DNA of 64,000 nt from Azolla caroliniana (GCA_043228905.1 JBHGNT010000015.1:15872001-15936000); one strand, 5' to 3'; counted from the first letter of the stretch, positions 11,930 through 25,868 are shown. Notes: generated by a model not told the origin, from the letters alone. Numbers and translations: made by a program.

Positions 11930-13728
11930 TGTCGTGTTGTTTCGCTTACGCGTGAGAAACTAAGGCAGGACTGTAGGGGCCTTGGACCGAGGAGTGCAAG
12001 AGATCGAAGAAAGAGAGAGCGTTGTGCTAGTGAATACCCGCTTCCGGCAAGCAACGTTTACCGGCCGAATGAACCACGACCTTGTATGCGGAACGAAGAG
12101 AGAAGCGCACCCACCAGATAATGAAAGGGAATCACACAGGAAACACCGAGAGACGGAAAACAAGAGAATCAGTTCCAATAATAAGAATAATTACAGTGAT
12201 TGCAAGATTACAATCGGCAAACCGGCAACAGACCCAACATAGGCGACCGCATACCCACACACACATAGTGGAGCCTTTGCAGGAAGCACTTGGGCTTTCC
12301 TCGAAGCAGAGGAAACCGACCCAAAACCCCGCAGTGAACAACGATAAAGGAGGAGAGAGCTCAGTTCCTAGTCCGACAACACCTCGTCCTCGCCAAAATG
12401 CACCCCCCCTTCCTTTTATAGGCCGCTGGGGAAGGACTGTTACATCTTGGTCACATCACTTTTATTCTCTGTCCCTTTGGACAGAGATCTGCTTCGATTT
12501 ACTAACCTATTAATATATTCTTCCTAGGGTATACACATTACGCTGGCCTATTCCTAGTTATGTACAAAGTGTTGATTTGAGTGCACACACGTAAGTGCCG
12601 TTTCATGCGCCTAATTCCCTGATTCCACCTAAGGCCGGTTTTCTCCATGACATCCACCCCCACCAAACCACACATCCACCGGCATGCGCTAGAGAGGGAC
12701 AAATGCTAGAGAAACCCGGCTCGTATTCACCTGTCTCTCTCCGAAACTTCACCCGCTTCGAACCGGTTGTCATCGTCGTCCTCGCTTCCTAGGTCTGGCT
12801 CGTCTTCATGCCGCTTCTTGAAGGCCTTGATCCTCTTCCCGGCTACCGGCACCGCTATCCGCGTCCCATCAAGCTCTGCAAGATGGTAAGTACCATTGTT
12901 GTTTCCGCTCGTTACGGTGTAGGGCCCGAACCACCTCCTTGCAAACTTCCGCGTCGCCTTGTGCTGGTTGTCGAGGCTGCTATCGTAAACCAGTACCTAA
13001 TCGCCTTCCTCGATCTTCTTCAGTTGTAGCCGGTGCGTCCGGTCAAACAACCCTTGTTCTTTACCCTTGCCGTGTACAACTTTGCCTTCGCTCGCTCCAC
13101 GTCCTCCAATCTTCGTTCGAGCTGCCGAATCCGAGCCGCTAACAGCTCTTCCCGGCTCATATTGTCCTTCCAGTCCACCGCGGCCCAGGAAGAAATTTTC
13201 TGCTCCACCAGCATGATCGGCTTTTGCCCGTACATCAGCTCCGCCGGCATGAACCCAGTCACCGAACTGTGCGTAGTTCGGTCCGCCCATAGTGCGTAAG
13301 GTAGGAGCCGTAGCCAACTCCCAACTTGTCCTTCACATGCACGTACTAATGCCTTCACGATCGGCCCGTGCCCGCACTCTACCTTCCCCGCACTCTACCT
13401 TCCCGTTTGCCTCCGGATTATATGCCGTAGTGAGAGAGAGTTTAACCCCTAATCGATCGAACGACTCTTCGGCTTCCTGCACATCTAGCTCTCCCCGGTC
13501 AACTACTATCCTTCCTACGCACCCATATCGGCATACCACCTCTTCGATTAGGAACTGGCACCTGGCCATGGTTGTCTTGTTTTGTAGCGCGCGGCCCTCC
13601 ACCTGATTCGTCAAGTCCTCCCACGCAAGCACCAGGTACCGCATCTGCCCTACCCCCATCGGCATCGTCACTAAGTCTACCATCCACTTGAAATGAATGG
13701 TCGGCGGGTAGGTCGGGTGCAACTCGTC
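11930..13728 (-). mobile_element. truncated non-chromovirus Ty3/gypsy element (3' LTR 11930-12652 plus integrase)
   Basis: LTR TGTCGTG...CCATGACA is related to the LTRs at 38798 and 45150. PPT-like GTGGGGGTGGA adjacent on the minus strand. Integrase motifs WMVDLVTMP and TTAYNPEANG. Confidence 0.9.
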
Positions 13729-13729
13729 A

Positions 13730-13790
13730 TCTAGTCTGCAAACTAATGAAGGGTCTATACGGCCTCAAGCAGGCCCCGCGATAGTGGTTA
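13730..13790 (+). mobile_element. short copia RT remnant
   Basis: Translates [18 protein letters not shown]. Confidence 0.65.
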
Positions 13791-13803
13791 CGTATAAGAA
13801 GTT

Positions 13804-16800
13804 TGTTGAGAATCAATCTCAGCCTAATGCAACGTGTGAACACACCATTTGAGAATCTATGATCACTCAAAGGTCAAAAGTCACACCACTACTCTCTACA
13901 CATTAACTATGTGTCATAGAATCATATTCTATGACACGGAACTAATGAGTTCCATATTCCACATGACTATGAGTCTTCACATTCCCCAAGAGAGAGTAGT
14001 TGTTTTAGTGAGTTAATGAAGAGAGAGGGTGACCTTATATAAAGCACCCTTCTCCTACTTCATACTAAGTCGGTTGTGACTCCTTGTAATGCTACATTTT
14101 GTATTTGCTATTTTACTTGTCAATACACACCTTCTTCTTGAGTATTCTACTTTCCATTCTATCCAATCTATCTTGTGTTTTCTCTTCTCTTCTCTCTTTC
14201 CTCCCACAGATACACATAACACACATCTCTTCTGCTGCACAAGAATCATATGCGATTCTTTATATGGTATCAGAGCAGTTTGGTAGCATGATCTAGCCCA
14301 TCCGCGCGTGTTGTGATCTACGCCGACGTTCAAGAAGAACCGGCTCATCACTATCGTAGTGCGACTACATAGCTTGTGTTCGAGAGAGAAGGAAAAGAAG
14401 AAAGAAAGTTTCCCTAGAGAGAAGTTAGATTGAAACAACTTTGCATCTTGGGAGTACAAGATGCACCAATACATTGTCGGTCAAGGATATTGGAGCTACA
14501 TCAAAGCAACACAAGAAAATCAACCTGACCCGAAAGACGCCGACTACTCAACATGGGAGCAAGCGGCAAGTTGAGTGATGTATTGGTTGGCGACATGTGT
14601 TCATGATCACATGCTCGGTTACATTCGAGAAGCCAAGACGCCGAAGGAAGCGTGGGAGAATCTACGGAAGATTTTTGCGACCAACACCATCGCAAGAAAG
14701 CTTTAACTCCACCAAGAGTTAAATAATATCCAACAAAGGGATATGTCCATCACAAGCTACACCTTGAAGATGAAGGAGCTTTGTGACTCGCTCGGCTCAA
14801 TAAGCGTCAATGTGGATGATGATGAGATGGTGCAAATATGCCTCGACGGCCTTGCACCACGATTCAGCGTGATGAGGACCACGGTACTAGCATGGGAGAA
14901 TCCTCCCTCTTTCTTCGATCTTCAATCCATGTTGTTGGTTGAAGAAAACCATGTTCGAACAAGCCTTGGAAGGCCACATGCTCTACACGCATTCGAACGG
15001 AGGAAGAGGATGAGATAGAGCAACAAGCCGATTCGGCCAAGGACGAGGCGGACGAGGCCTGACTTATAAAAGCAACTTGCAATTTTGGCAACAAGAAGGA
15101 AGCCATCGAGGAACCTTCGGAAGAAGGGGGAGCTTCCATTCCGGTCCAAGTTGACAAAACTTGATCGAATGCGGATATTGCGGCAAACTCGGCCACCACA
15201 AAGAAGAGTGCCGAAAGAAGATGCGCGAGTCGACTTCCATTAGCCGACAACTCACCAATTACGCCACCAACTCCGACTATGACGATCATGGCGGAATCAT
15301 CGTGATGAGACATAGAGCAAATTCTATTTTGGCTTCTACTTCAACTAGTGCCTCTGGTCCGGAAGACGTATGGTTCGTCGACTCTGGTGCCTCGAACCAT
15401 ATGAAGTCTCATCAAGAATGGTTCCGATAACTTCGAGAGCCAGACCGACCTAGCTGTCTCGAAACCGGAGACGATACTACTCATTTGATTCGGCACATCG
15501 GCAATGTTCTATTTGGAAAAGAAGGTACGCAAACTTATATTAAGAATGTCTTGCATGTACCAACCATTACAAAAATTTTGGTCTTCGTCAGCCAAATTGT
15601 TGAGCAAGGGATGCAAGTTCGATTTATCATCGAAAAAGAGGGTCGACTCATCGCTTGTGGATGAAGAGAGGGCCAAATGTTCATTCTATACTCATACGAG
15701 ATTAAATCGGCCATGTTTGCAAAAGGCACAAAAGCCGATTCCGACATAGAGCTATGACACACGCGGATTGGCCACGTCAATCTTAATAAACTCAAGGTGA
15801 TGCAATCGAAAGGAGTCATCATCGGGTTCCTGACCTTCAAAGAGAAGGAGATTCAAGGTGTGTGTGCAACTTGCCAATTCGATAAACAACATCAACACCC
15901 GTTCCCGAAGGAGAGGAACGTGAGCAAAGGCATACTTGACGTAATTCATTACGATGTATGGGGACCAGCTCAAACAACTACATTCGGCGGATGCCGATAC
16001 TACGTGGCCTTCATCGACGACTTCTCTAGGAACACCTGGATCTACCCCATGCGGCAAAAAAGAGCTAAGTGCTCGGACATTTCTAGAAACTCAAACACCA
16101 TGTTGAATAGACAACCGGTTGTCAAGTATGATGTATTTGGTTGGATGGAGGAAAAGAGTACTTCTCCGACGATTTTTTGGCTTTTCTTTGGAAAGAAGGA
16201 ATTCAGCGAGAGTTTTGGTGTCAACATACACCACAACAGAACGGAGTAACCGAATGAAAGCATCTGCACATCCTCGAAGTAGCACGGGCCATGCTTAACG
16301 CGAAGCACATGCCGAAATCATATTGGGCAGAAGCCGTCAACACAACTGTCTACCTCATGAATCGGTGCATGACATCCGGAGTGCATGAGGTTACCCCCCA
16401 CGAGAAGTTTTATGGAAAGAAGCCGGATCTATCACATGTTCGGATATTCAGCTCCATTGCATACGTGCACATCCTTGACGAGAAGCGACAAAAGAGAAAT
16501 GTATCCTCGTAGGATACTCACTAGAGCAAAAGGGGGTACAAGTTCTATAAACCCTCAACTCGGAAGGTTTGTGTGAGTCGAGATGTAGTCTTCAACGAAT
16601 CCGGATCATGGTACGAATCCGAGTCAAATCCTCCCGAACCATTTCCAGTCGACCCGGAATCCGCCGAACAAGAGATAGAAGATGGAGATCGACTTGAACA
16701 CATGTTCGAAGAAAGTCCGATTACGACAAGACTTAGTGGGACACAAGAGCTCCTGAGCAACCAAAGCATATCTCGGCCTAGTCCGAAGATGGATAAAGGC

Positions 16801-17280
16801 AAGGCGAAAATGCTGGAGTATGAAGACGATCAATTCGACGGCAATGAATTGACTCACTCCCTCGACAGTGAGTTTGGTGGCTTCAAAGTGATCAAAGAAG
16901 AGATGCGGGCACTATGCAAGAACGAGACATGGGATCTTGTTCCCCACTCACCACACAAGAAGTTGAAGTATAATGTTGACGGCTCCGTAAACTGCTATAA
17001 AGCTTGACTCGTAGCGAAAGGATACACATAGACACATGGAGTCGACTACGAAGAGACTTTTGCCCCGGTGGCAAAGATGAAGACTCTACGGACTGTGATC
17101 ACACTCACAACAGCGAAAGGGTGCCGTCTCCACCAGATGGACATCAAGAACACCTTTCTTCAAGGTGAATTAGAAGAGGGGGTGTACATGGTACAACCAC
17201 TTGGCTTCGAATCCAGCATTCATCCGAAATCCTTCTACCAACTCAAGAAGCCTCTCTATCGCCTTAAGCAAGCATTGCGT
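13804..17280 (+). mobile_element. Ty1/copia element, 3'-truncated (5' LTR 13804-14264, PBS-Met, degenerate gag-pol)
   Basis: LTR followed by PBS TGGTATCAGAGC (14265-14276). Gag, CCHC knuckle, WFVDSGASNHM, integrase and partial RT, same family as 540-4832. Cut at 17281 by a gypsy LTR. Confidence 0.93.
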
Positions 17281-18025
17281 TGTCGTGAAGATTTTCGGCA
17301 ATAGTGGGAAAATCGTGTGAAACGAGGGAAATCAAGAACTTGGTGCAATGTGCACATGTATAAAAGAGTGATGGTTAGATGTGTATGTTAACACATTAAT
17401 GTATACGTGTGATGTGTGTTTGGGTGTTCATTATACAAATATATAAAATAAGCTTAACGTATACAATGAGGTGCAAGTAAGGGTTTGAACCTTACACCTC
17501 TAAGATAGGAGACAACTGACATACATTAGACTAGGTTCTTTCCTTAAAAGTTATTTTCTTCATTGTACTTTTCACATGTAACTGCTCGTTCATAAGAGCT
17601 TGGATAAGGTACATGGTCATCATGCATCACATGTGATACATGATCGCCAATGGCAATCATGCATTGCATGCATGTACTACACCCTCACATGCACATATGC
17701 ATGGGGGCATGTATATAAGAAGGAGAGGATGGCAAAGATTAGTTATCTCATTGGCAATGTGTCTTGTATCTCAACTTTGAAGTCAAAAGTTCAAACTGGG
17801 AGTTGGGATTCTCGTCCATATCTATCTTTAATACTTCTCGCAAGTGCTAATCCTTCCACTGTTCCATTGTCTTCAACGATCCTTTCGCTTCTCCATCACC
17901 ACTTGCGGATAGTGGCCGGTGCTTGTCTGCGCATGTGTAACGCGCACATCGCAACGTTTCGCACATGTGTAGTGTGCTTCACGACATCTTTGTGGTGCGG
18001 TAAATATTTTCATAATCTCTTTATA

Positions 18026-18056
<31 letters not shown>

Positions 18057-21000
18057 AGTCAACGCACACAAGCATCTTCGACAACAAGAATGACCCGATT
18101 GTAAACCTAAACAATGGTCGACTCCTTACAAGAACAAGTCACCTGATCCATCCTCCTTGGTCAAAGACCCCGGTGGGCCTGTTCAACTGACCCGTAGGTG
18201 CGGATTTCCGTGACATTAATTGGTGAACCCGACGTGAAGAACGGCAAGGGAGGATGGCCGGAACTTCAAGTGCTAGAGACTCTAATGATAGTCTAGCACA
18301 AGCAATGGCGAGGATGATGGACCAAATGCTTCAAGAGAGAGACAACATCGCAGGCCTTGACGTTGCCATTGATAGGATCGTGGATGCCAACGGATGCTTT
18401 GATGGTAGAGATGTGACACGATACCTTGAAACCTACAAAACAGAAATGCGGAAAAAGGGTATTTCTATGGCAAGACAAGTGGCAAGCTTCTCAAGGATTG
18501 TAACTTCAAGTCTTTACTCTCGGGTCCTAGAGCTACAAGAGGCCAATCCTGAATGGTCATCTTTCGAACAAAGTTTACTTGAAGAATATGGGTTTGGTGA
18601 CTCATCTCGAATGACGAAGAAAGATTTAATGGACTGGCTAGAGTCTTCTAACAAAGAGTTGAGTGCGAGTGCGATGCTCCACGAGTTCGAGCAAAGATTT
18701 GATCATTTGCCTGCACTTGACAAAACGATTCTTGATTCCAGCAAGGTGCTCCTATTTATCAAATCAGTAGATGAGAAAGATCGAATAGATCTTGGGCTAC
18801 TATTGGAGAATGATGAAGGCCTCATTAATGAATGGGCAATAGTGAAGAGAGCATGTGGATGTTTTGATAAGCGTCGACAATGGGACAACGAGACAAGATC
18901 AAATGTTGCAGCTCAGATTGGTCGGCAAGCTCACAACGCGAGACAAGAACCACAAGCCCAAAGACCGAGGGATGATGAAGTGGCTCAACCCATAGATGGA
19001 GCCAGAATGGATGAACTTGTAGGCATGCTTCGAGAGATGATAATTTCTCAAATTAGAAAGGAGGAAACTCAAAGTTTTCTGGGTCGTCGCTTGGAACACC
19101 AGCGGAGAGATTGCTCAGAATTCCAAAATGCCCTCCGACGAGATATCATTTATCTCACCAACAATCAGATTCACTCCTCAGTGACAGAAGGTCCTCTCAA
19201 CACCAACTTTGGCCGAGGAGGTATGAAGAAGTTGATGGAGGAAATGGAAGAAAACAAAGTGAATAGTATTTACTATTCCTCATCAGCTGGAATTTGGGCT
19301 GGACAGGAGACGAGAGCCCAAGAATCTCAAGTAGGAGAATTTTGGCCAATCATATTGAATCAAGTCGGAAAAGGGAAGCTCTGCATGAACGAGGCACTCA
19401 AAGCAGAATGAAGAGTTCAAGAAATGACGGGATGGGAGGACCGTATGGAGGAGAAGTCTAGCTTCATCGAGGCCATGTGTCAAAACTACGACGTCCTAGT
19501 GGAAGAGAAACAGAAAAGACCCGATGACCAATCAGGCTCTTCAAAGAAACATGACCCAAGAGAAGTTATTCGGAGAAGGGAGGAATCATCACCACCCCAA
19601 ACAATAACCGAAAGAGGGAAGGAAGGAATTGGCATGACGTTCAAACTACGCTTGGAGATAGAGCAATCCACCGACCTTAAGTGTGTGATGGAAGAAAGAA
19701 TCCTGGATAGTCGAATCGAGTTCACACTACGAGAGGTCTTAGGAATTGCAAAGAAAGAATTTCATGATGTCATCATTGACTTAATAAAAAGGAAGAGGCT
19801 AACAACAAGTGAAGAAGCAACCAAACCGACGAATGTCTCGACGAGCGCTATCACAACAGAAGGTCTCAAAATTTGTGGATAGCCATTTTGCAAGGCCACA
19901 TTGGGCTAGGGCTACTACCGAGACACCGGTGCGGATGGGAGAGTTGAAAGATCCGGTGGTGGCACTCATTGATCATGGCTCAGAGATCAACCTCATGTCT
20001 CTTGACTTCTATCGGAAAGGTCGCTGGCCCATTAATACTAGGCATGGGTGGAAGATTCGAACGACAACTAGGGCAACATAAGAGCTTCATGGGGTCTGCC
20101 CTAACGTTAAGGTAACTATTGGTGACGTTGAGCATGATCAACACTTTTTTGTACAGGAATCAACGTCACATCCTGTCATCCTTGGCGAGCCTTACATAAC
20201 AACATCCCGGATGGAGACAAAGGTACTTGATAATGGTTCAGCATATGCGCGGATATGAAGTCAAGATGGGACAAGCTCGGTTCAATTCCTCACGGTGCGA
20301 CTGAACCATGAAAGAAATAGGCATAGCTTAGGGAAAGAAGTTAGGGAGGATTTTTAATTCGGACTATTAGGGAGAGGGACAACAATAGTCCGGGACATCT
20401 AACTATGTCCCCAATTTAGTGTAATAAAAGTTGTCACCCCATTAATGAAAATGAAGTCTTGCTTTCTGAAAATGGGATGTGTAAATTTAACAACATAAGT
20501 AGAAGAGATATTAAAATAGGAGTCCTAGAGGAACAACTTGGAGAAATCGGGATTATAAGCAAGGAAGAGGCAATAAACGGGTACATGGAGATGATATCAT
20601 TTGATGATACTCTTGGGGAAATGGAGAAAGTCATGAAATCGAAACTGCAAGTCAACATAATGATTCCAATCAACTCTGTCACCTTATACACCGCCATCAA
20701 CGAATACAAAGAAGGTGTCACGACAGATGAAGTTGAAGTTAATACCAAGTACAAGATTGTGGACAAGAAGGTCAAACCTATGGCTGCTCCCTTGCTTGAA
20801 GACAGTTGGCAGCGAATAAAGGAGGTAGCACGAGATCCGTGCCTTAGAGACCCGAAAAGAATAGGGCATGTCTTCACTGACGAAACTCGACGGAAGCTCA
20901 AAGATGGTGGGGGTGAGTTTTTGCTTCCCAAAGAAGAGTCCAAGTTCCGGGAAATGTTGGAGCAACACGGGAAAGCATTTGCCTTTTCCCCACAAGAAAT

Positions 21001-21068
21001 CGGATGTGTTGACCCAACGCTTGTGGAACCAATGGTTATCTTTACAATACCCCATGTGGCATGGAACT
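17281..21068 (+). mobile_element. non-chromovirus Ty3/gypsy element, 3'-truncated (LTR 17281-18215, PBS tRNA-Trp, gag-PR, start of pol)
   Basis: LTR TGTCGTG...CGTGACA, PBS at 18221-18238, gag ORF from 18254, protease ALIDHGSEINLM, and pre-RT region HGKAFAFSPQEIGCVDP. Homologous to the element at 38798-45770. Confidence 0.9.
18221..18238 (+). promoter_or_regulatory. primer binding site complementary to the 3' end of tRNA-Trp
   Basis: TGGTGAACCCGACGTGAA is the reverse complement of TTCACGTCGGGTTCACCA, the 3' end of plant cytosolic tRNA-Trp as recalled. It follows the LTR end after a 5-nt spacer. Confidence 0.8.
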
Positions 21069-21456
21069 TTGAAAAGAATGGCGTGCGGAAGCAATATAGG
21101 AAACCGAACAACAGGAAACGCAGGTTTAATGGAAAGCTTAGGTTTGCACAGTACGCACGGGAGAGATAGAGAGAGACAGTAAACACCAGAATTCTGTTAA
21201 AAAATAATACTCTGTACATACATCATGCTCAGTGAGCACCTTTTATACAAGCCTTGACAATGGGATGACACAAGTAATGACAGTACTTGATTACTCATAA
21301 ATGAGCCTCGACTCTTACTCCCAAAACTATTCCTTACGAGCAATACCTCTCTAACGGCCATTCGGTTTACGCACCGATATGGCCTTCCTACCCACCGGTC
21401 TGCGTACTGGTTTCCAACCGATCTGGCCTAACCGATCGGTCCCAACCGATCCGGTC
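21069..21456 (-). repeat. copia LTR fragment (same family as LTR 60199-60633)
   Basis: Shares AAAAGAAT.GCGTGCGGAAGCAATA, GCTCAGTGAGCAC and CCCAACCGATCCGGT with 60199-60580. Confidence 0.8.
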
Positions 21457-21562
21457 TGTTACGGGCATGACCATTTAATATCCCGTGGTGAGAATTTACC
21501 GTAGTATTCTATACACGTGGATAAGTGTGAGGGTTAAACGAGAGTGTAAAGAAGGGGAGGAG
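21457..21562 (+). repeat. 5' ~105 bp of a chromovirus LTR
   Basis: Near-identical to the start of LTRs 31546 and 38032 (TGTTACGGGCATGACCAT...GTAAAGAAGGGGAGGA), then similarity stops abruptly. Confidence 0.85.
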
Positions 21563-21944
21563 AGAAGTGTTGGTTTTGTTCCGCATCTTGATGGTTGCCT
21601 CCACCAAATAGTACTCAGGCATTTAAATGTTCAGAATCTATTATGGTTCAACAATTGGTGCTTTCTTGGCAGCGATGCTTGAATTTGTTTAATTGGAGGC
21701 CTCCTGAGTGTAGAAAAGATATAAATTCCTTGGCTGTATAGGCATTGGCAATTTCAAGGATATTACATTAGGATGGAAAAGAAAGCCTAAATTCATAGTT
21801 CAATCGAATGGCAAGGCTAGGCTTGGTAATTGTGGAAGATGGTACCTTAGAGACATGTAGGAAAACTAGGAATAAGTTTCATATACCATGTGGATATGGG
21901 TATATTTGGTAATCAATATTGGCATTGCCTAGATTGATTTATAA

Positions 21945-24900
21945 TCACTTGCGTCGGTTTCAACCTAAAAAGGTTTTGAAGGATCTGGTAAAAGAAGCGA
22001 AGGAGCCTTGCACACTAGGTCCTTGAGTTCCTTAAAGGCGAGGTCTAGTGTAGCATTCCACACAATAGGTTTTGTAGACTTACCCGTTTGACCTTTGAGA
22101 AGATCAGTAAACGGTGTCGTCAATTGGGAGTAATTACGAAGAGATTTTTGCAAAAGCCCGACAAAACCAAGGAATTATCGAACTTCTCAAGTATTCCGAA
22201 GAGTGGGCCAAAGTTTGACTTCCTCGATGCAGGATGGATAAATTTCAACTCATTCAGTTATGAGATGTCTAAGATAAGTGATTGATTTCTTGAAGAATTC
22301 ACATTTTGAGATCTTTGCATAGAATTGCTTGTCGCGCAATGTTTGTAAAACAAAGCGGACATGTTTAACATGTTCTTCTAATGTACGACTATAGACTAGA
22401 ATATCATTCAAGAAAATAACAACAAATTTTCGAAGTTGTTCTCGGAAAATGTCATTCATTTCTTGTTGAAATGTGGCTGGAACATTGGTCAAACCAAAAG
22501 GAATGACCAAAAACTCATAATGGCCATAACGTGTATGAGCTATTTTAGGAACATCTTCCTCACTTATACGATTTTGATGGTAGCCCGTACGGAGATAAAC
22601 TTTCGTAAAATACCGAGCTCCCTGGAGACAATCAATTAGATCGTCAGACCGGGGCAATGGATATGAATTCTTGATCGTCCCTTTATTCTAGTGTTGGTAA
22701 TTAATACACATACACCATGTGCCCTCTTTCTTTTTTACCAAGAGAACAAGTGCACCCCATGGAGATTTACTATAACGTATATAATCCTTGAGTTGCTTAG
22801 ATACCTCATCCTCTTCGGATCGACTTAAGCGATAAGGAGGTATACCTATTGGTGCAACACTAGGTACAATATCTAACAATGGTCTATATTACGTTTAGGA
22901 GGTAACCCATGTGGTAGTTCACTCGGAAAAACATCACGAAAATCATTAAAGATTTCATCGAGTTGTTGCTGTTCAAAATATGATAATTGACCCAATACAT
23001 TATCGATATTATAAATGTGAATGTTCGGATCAAGTACACAATAAAATAAAGAAGAACAAGACAACTTGGATATTGATGGAGACGAAACAACCAAAAGAGA
23101 TTGTTTATTTACAAATTGAATAAAATGAGTACAATCGTTTAGTACAAAGGTAATGGAATGGTGAACCCAATCAATAGATAAAGAAGAGTTTTTATTAAGA
23201 AACCAGGGATAACCCAGTATTAGATCAGTGGTACAAAGATTCATTACATGGAAGTCTACTTCCTCTATATAAGTATCAATAGAAACTCCTAATGAATGAA
23301 TCACCCCGTTGATGTATTGTACTCTTCCATCGGCCAAGTGCACCTTATTGGTATGATCACTTACGGTGGGTTGGATTCCCCATATTTGAACCAAACGATC
23401 ATTCACAAGGTTGTGTGAGCTTCCTGAATCAAATAAAAATTGTACGAGAGATCCATTGATATACCCATTTGCTCGTAGTAAATCATTGGGTCCCAATACA
23501 TAGTGAGGAAAAGAACATTTACCCTTACTTAAATGATGTGGATAGACCTCAAGGACATCAGGAATCTAACCTTTATGGTCTACAACTTTGCTTTTGTTGT
23601 CGTGCTCTTTCCATTGGAGCTTTCGACATTGCTCTTTTGTATGACCCTTCTTTTTGCAGAATACACAAAAAGGATGTTGTCACTTACAATTGCGATCCAT
23701 GAATTTGTTGGGTGTCTTGCATTTCCCAGCGAATTGCGACTACTTAGTCCCGAGCGTTTCGTTGGGTTTGTTATAGTCCTTCTTTGAAGTGCGTTGATAG
23801 AAAAGAACTATTTCAATGGCCTCGTCAAAAGATTTGGGGTCCTTATCGTGCACTATCCAGTGATAGTCCGAATTGGGGATGCCATTGACAAAATAAGCTA
23901 TCAACCAATTGTCCCCTTCTAGACCCGATTTTTGGATTTGGGTTCTAGCATGGGGAACATAGTCTTATATAACAAGGAAAATTTCCGGCTAGAGAGGTTC
24001 ATTAACGCTTGTGCTGCCTCTGTTCGAGATGAAGGTTGTAGAAATTGACCCTTGAAAACTGTGACAAAGTTTGTCCAGGTATTGAGCAAATTCCCCGTAG
24101 TACGGAGCCCACACCACCAGGTGGCGGCCTTACCACCTAGTTCTCGACCAACATATGCAATCTTCGTACTATCTGGCTTGGGATAGAGCTCAAAATGAGA
24201 GTCCCATCAGCCTAGTGACATGCAGATTGCTTCTTTGGTTCTTTCCTTTTTTCCTCCCGTAAATGGCTTTACGACAAATGATGGTTCACCTTGATGCTCA
24301 TCGGGTCTATTAGTATCACGTTGTAAACTAATGACACGTGCCTTGAGAGCCCTATGAGATTCCCCAAGTTTGGTCATCTGATGCAAGGTTGAATTAAGGA
24401 AATTTTGTATTAGTAAAAATACGACTCAATGGGGATTGGCCCGGGAGGATAAACAAATAGTCATAACATCATCTCGTGATGTAAACATATCATGGGCAAA
24501 TAGTAATCGATATCATGATCTCACATCAATACCCCTCTAGACGTATGAGATGAGGTTCAAGATTAGGTTACTATGGTAACACAATGGTGTTTTAAAAAGC
24601 ATGGGGGTGACAAATTAATGTCTTTCCTTGATCTCTATATCGATTTTTTCATGGCGGCTCCCTGAGGCTCAACCATGTATGTTTGTGTCATGAATAGTTT
24701 AAAAACGAAAAAATGTTAATAATAAACTATGTCTCTATGCCCACGCATGTGGTTTCGGCTCTTTAAGTCCTATTACGGGGACCCCGAAGTGCACTTAGAC
24801 CTAAAGTCTAAACATGTGTTATCGTCATATGTATCAACAATGTTGTATGGTCTTGGTCATATTTGAACTCGAGACCTTAAGAACAAATGTATTAAACACT

Positions 24901-25868
24901 TGAGCTAGCCTATCGGTTTGCTCATTTTGAATGTTTAATGTTTTATCCTTATAAGAGATATGCAAAGGCATTTTCCCATATATAAAAAAGAAAACATATA
25001 TGTTGAGAGTCATTATTTCTCCCTTGTTTACTACAAAACTATGTTGGTACGTTACCTAACCTCAAGTTTCATAATTACGATGGCATACGCCAAAGTGCAA
25101 CCTAATGGTCAAGCCAACTGAGCCCTCTTTTCATAGTAGGCCCACGTGGTATTGACCTCATACAGATATGCAAACGTTTTATACAACCAATTAATTACCA
25201 CTACAACATCATTGAATCATTGAAAGAAAACACATATCAACTATACATGATTAGATTGGGAGAAGAAAGAATAGAAAAAAGAAAGAAAGAGTTACCGAAG
25301 TTCGCTTGTTAATTCCTTTCTAAATCATGGTCAATGCACATTGATTGATCGCCATCCATAAAAAGAAAACAATAAACAAACGAAACATCAGAAACATGGC
25401 TCTGTTACCAATTGTTAGAGCTTAGATCTAAAGTAAGCATATGCTAAGGATATAATAGATATAAAATAAGAAAGGATAGAGAGAAAGAAGGGTGCTGATC
25501 CACCCGACCACCCCCGAGAGAAGGGATCGAGATGAACTTGAACCTCTATCGGTGTTCCATACCACCGCCATGGCGTCGAGTCGTACCTGGTGCTGGCGCG
25601 CTTGCTACAAGAGTTGACCCACCACAAGAATGGAGTTTCGACAAAGTCAAGAGATGATGAAATGAGGGTAGCTAGGCCTCATATTTATAGCCATACCTAA
25701 GGCCGTCAGGCAAGTTCACACTTGGCCTAATGGGTTGTCTCAATCCCGAGGATTAAAAGTAATCCTCCCCTTCTTTACACTCTCGTTTAACCCTCACACT
25801 TTATCCACGTGTATAGAATACTATGGTACATTCGCACCACGGGATATTATATGGTCGTGTCTGTAACA
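21945..25868 (-). mobile_element. chromovirus-type Ty3/gypsy element, 3'-truncated (5' LTR 25413-25868, gag-PR-RT-partial RH)
   Basis: 456-bp LTR, PBS-Met-like TGGTAACAGAGCC, protease FLFDSGSSHN and RT motifs. Closely similar to 31546-38487. Confidence 0.92.

Noticed and set aside
17471-17533. Functional tRNA genes at the A/B-box cassettes
   Set aside because: No convincing acceptor or anticodon stems. They are reported only as tRNA-like remnants.
17600-18190. 196-aa ORF inside the gypsy LTR
   Set aside because: Non-ATG start, runs through a CT microsatellite, and has no recognisable domain.
20434-21219. 261-aa minus-strand ORF (and the 253-aa ORF at 42392-43153) as possible antisense genes
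   Set aside because: Both lie antisense to the pol pre-RT region, and the first crosses an insertion junction. They are best explained as shadow frames.
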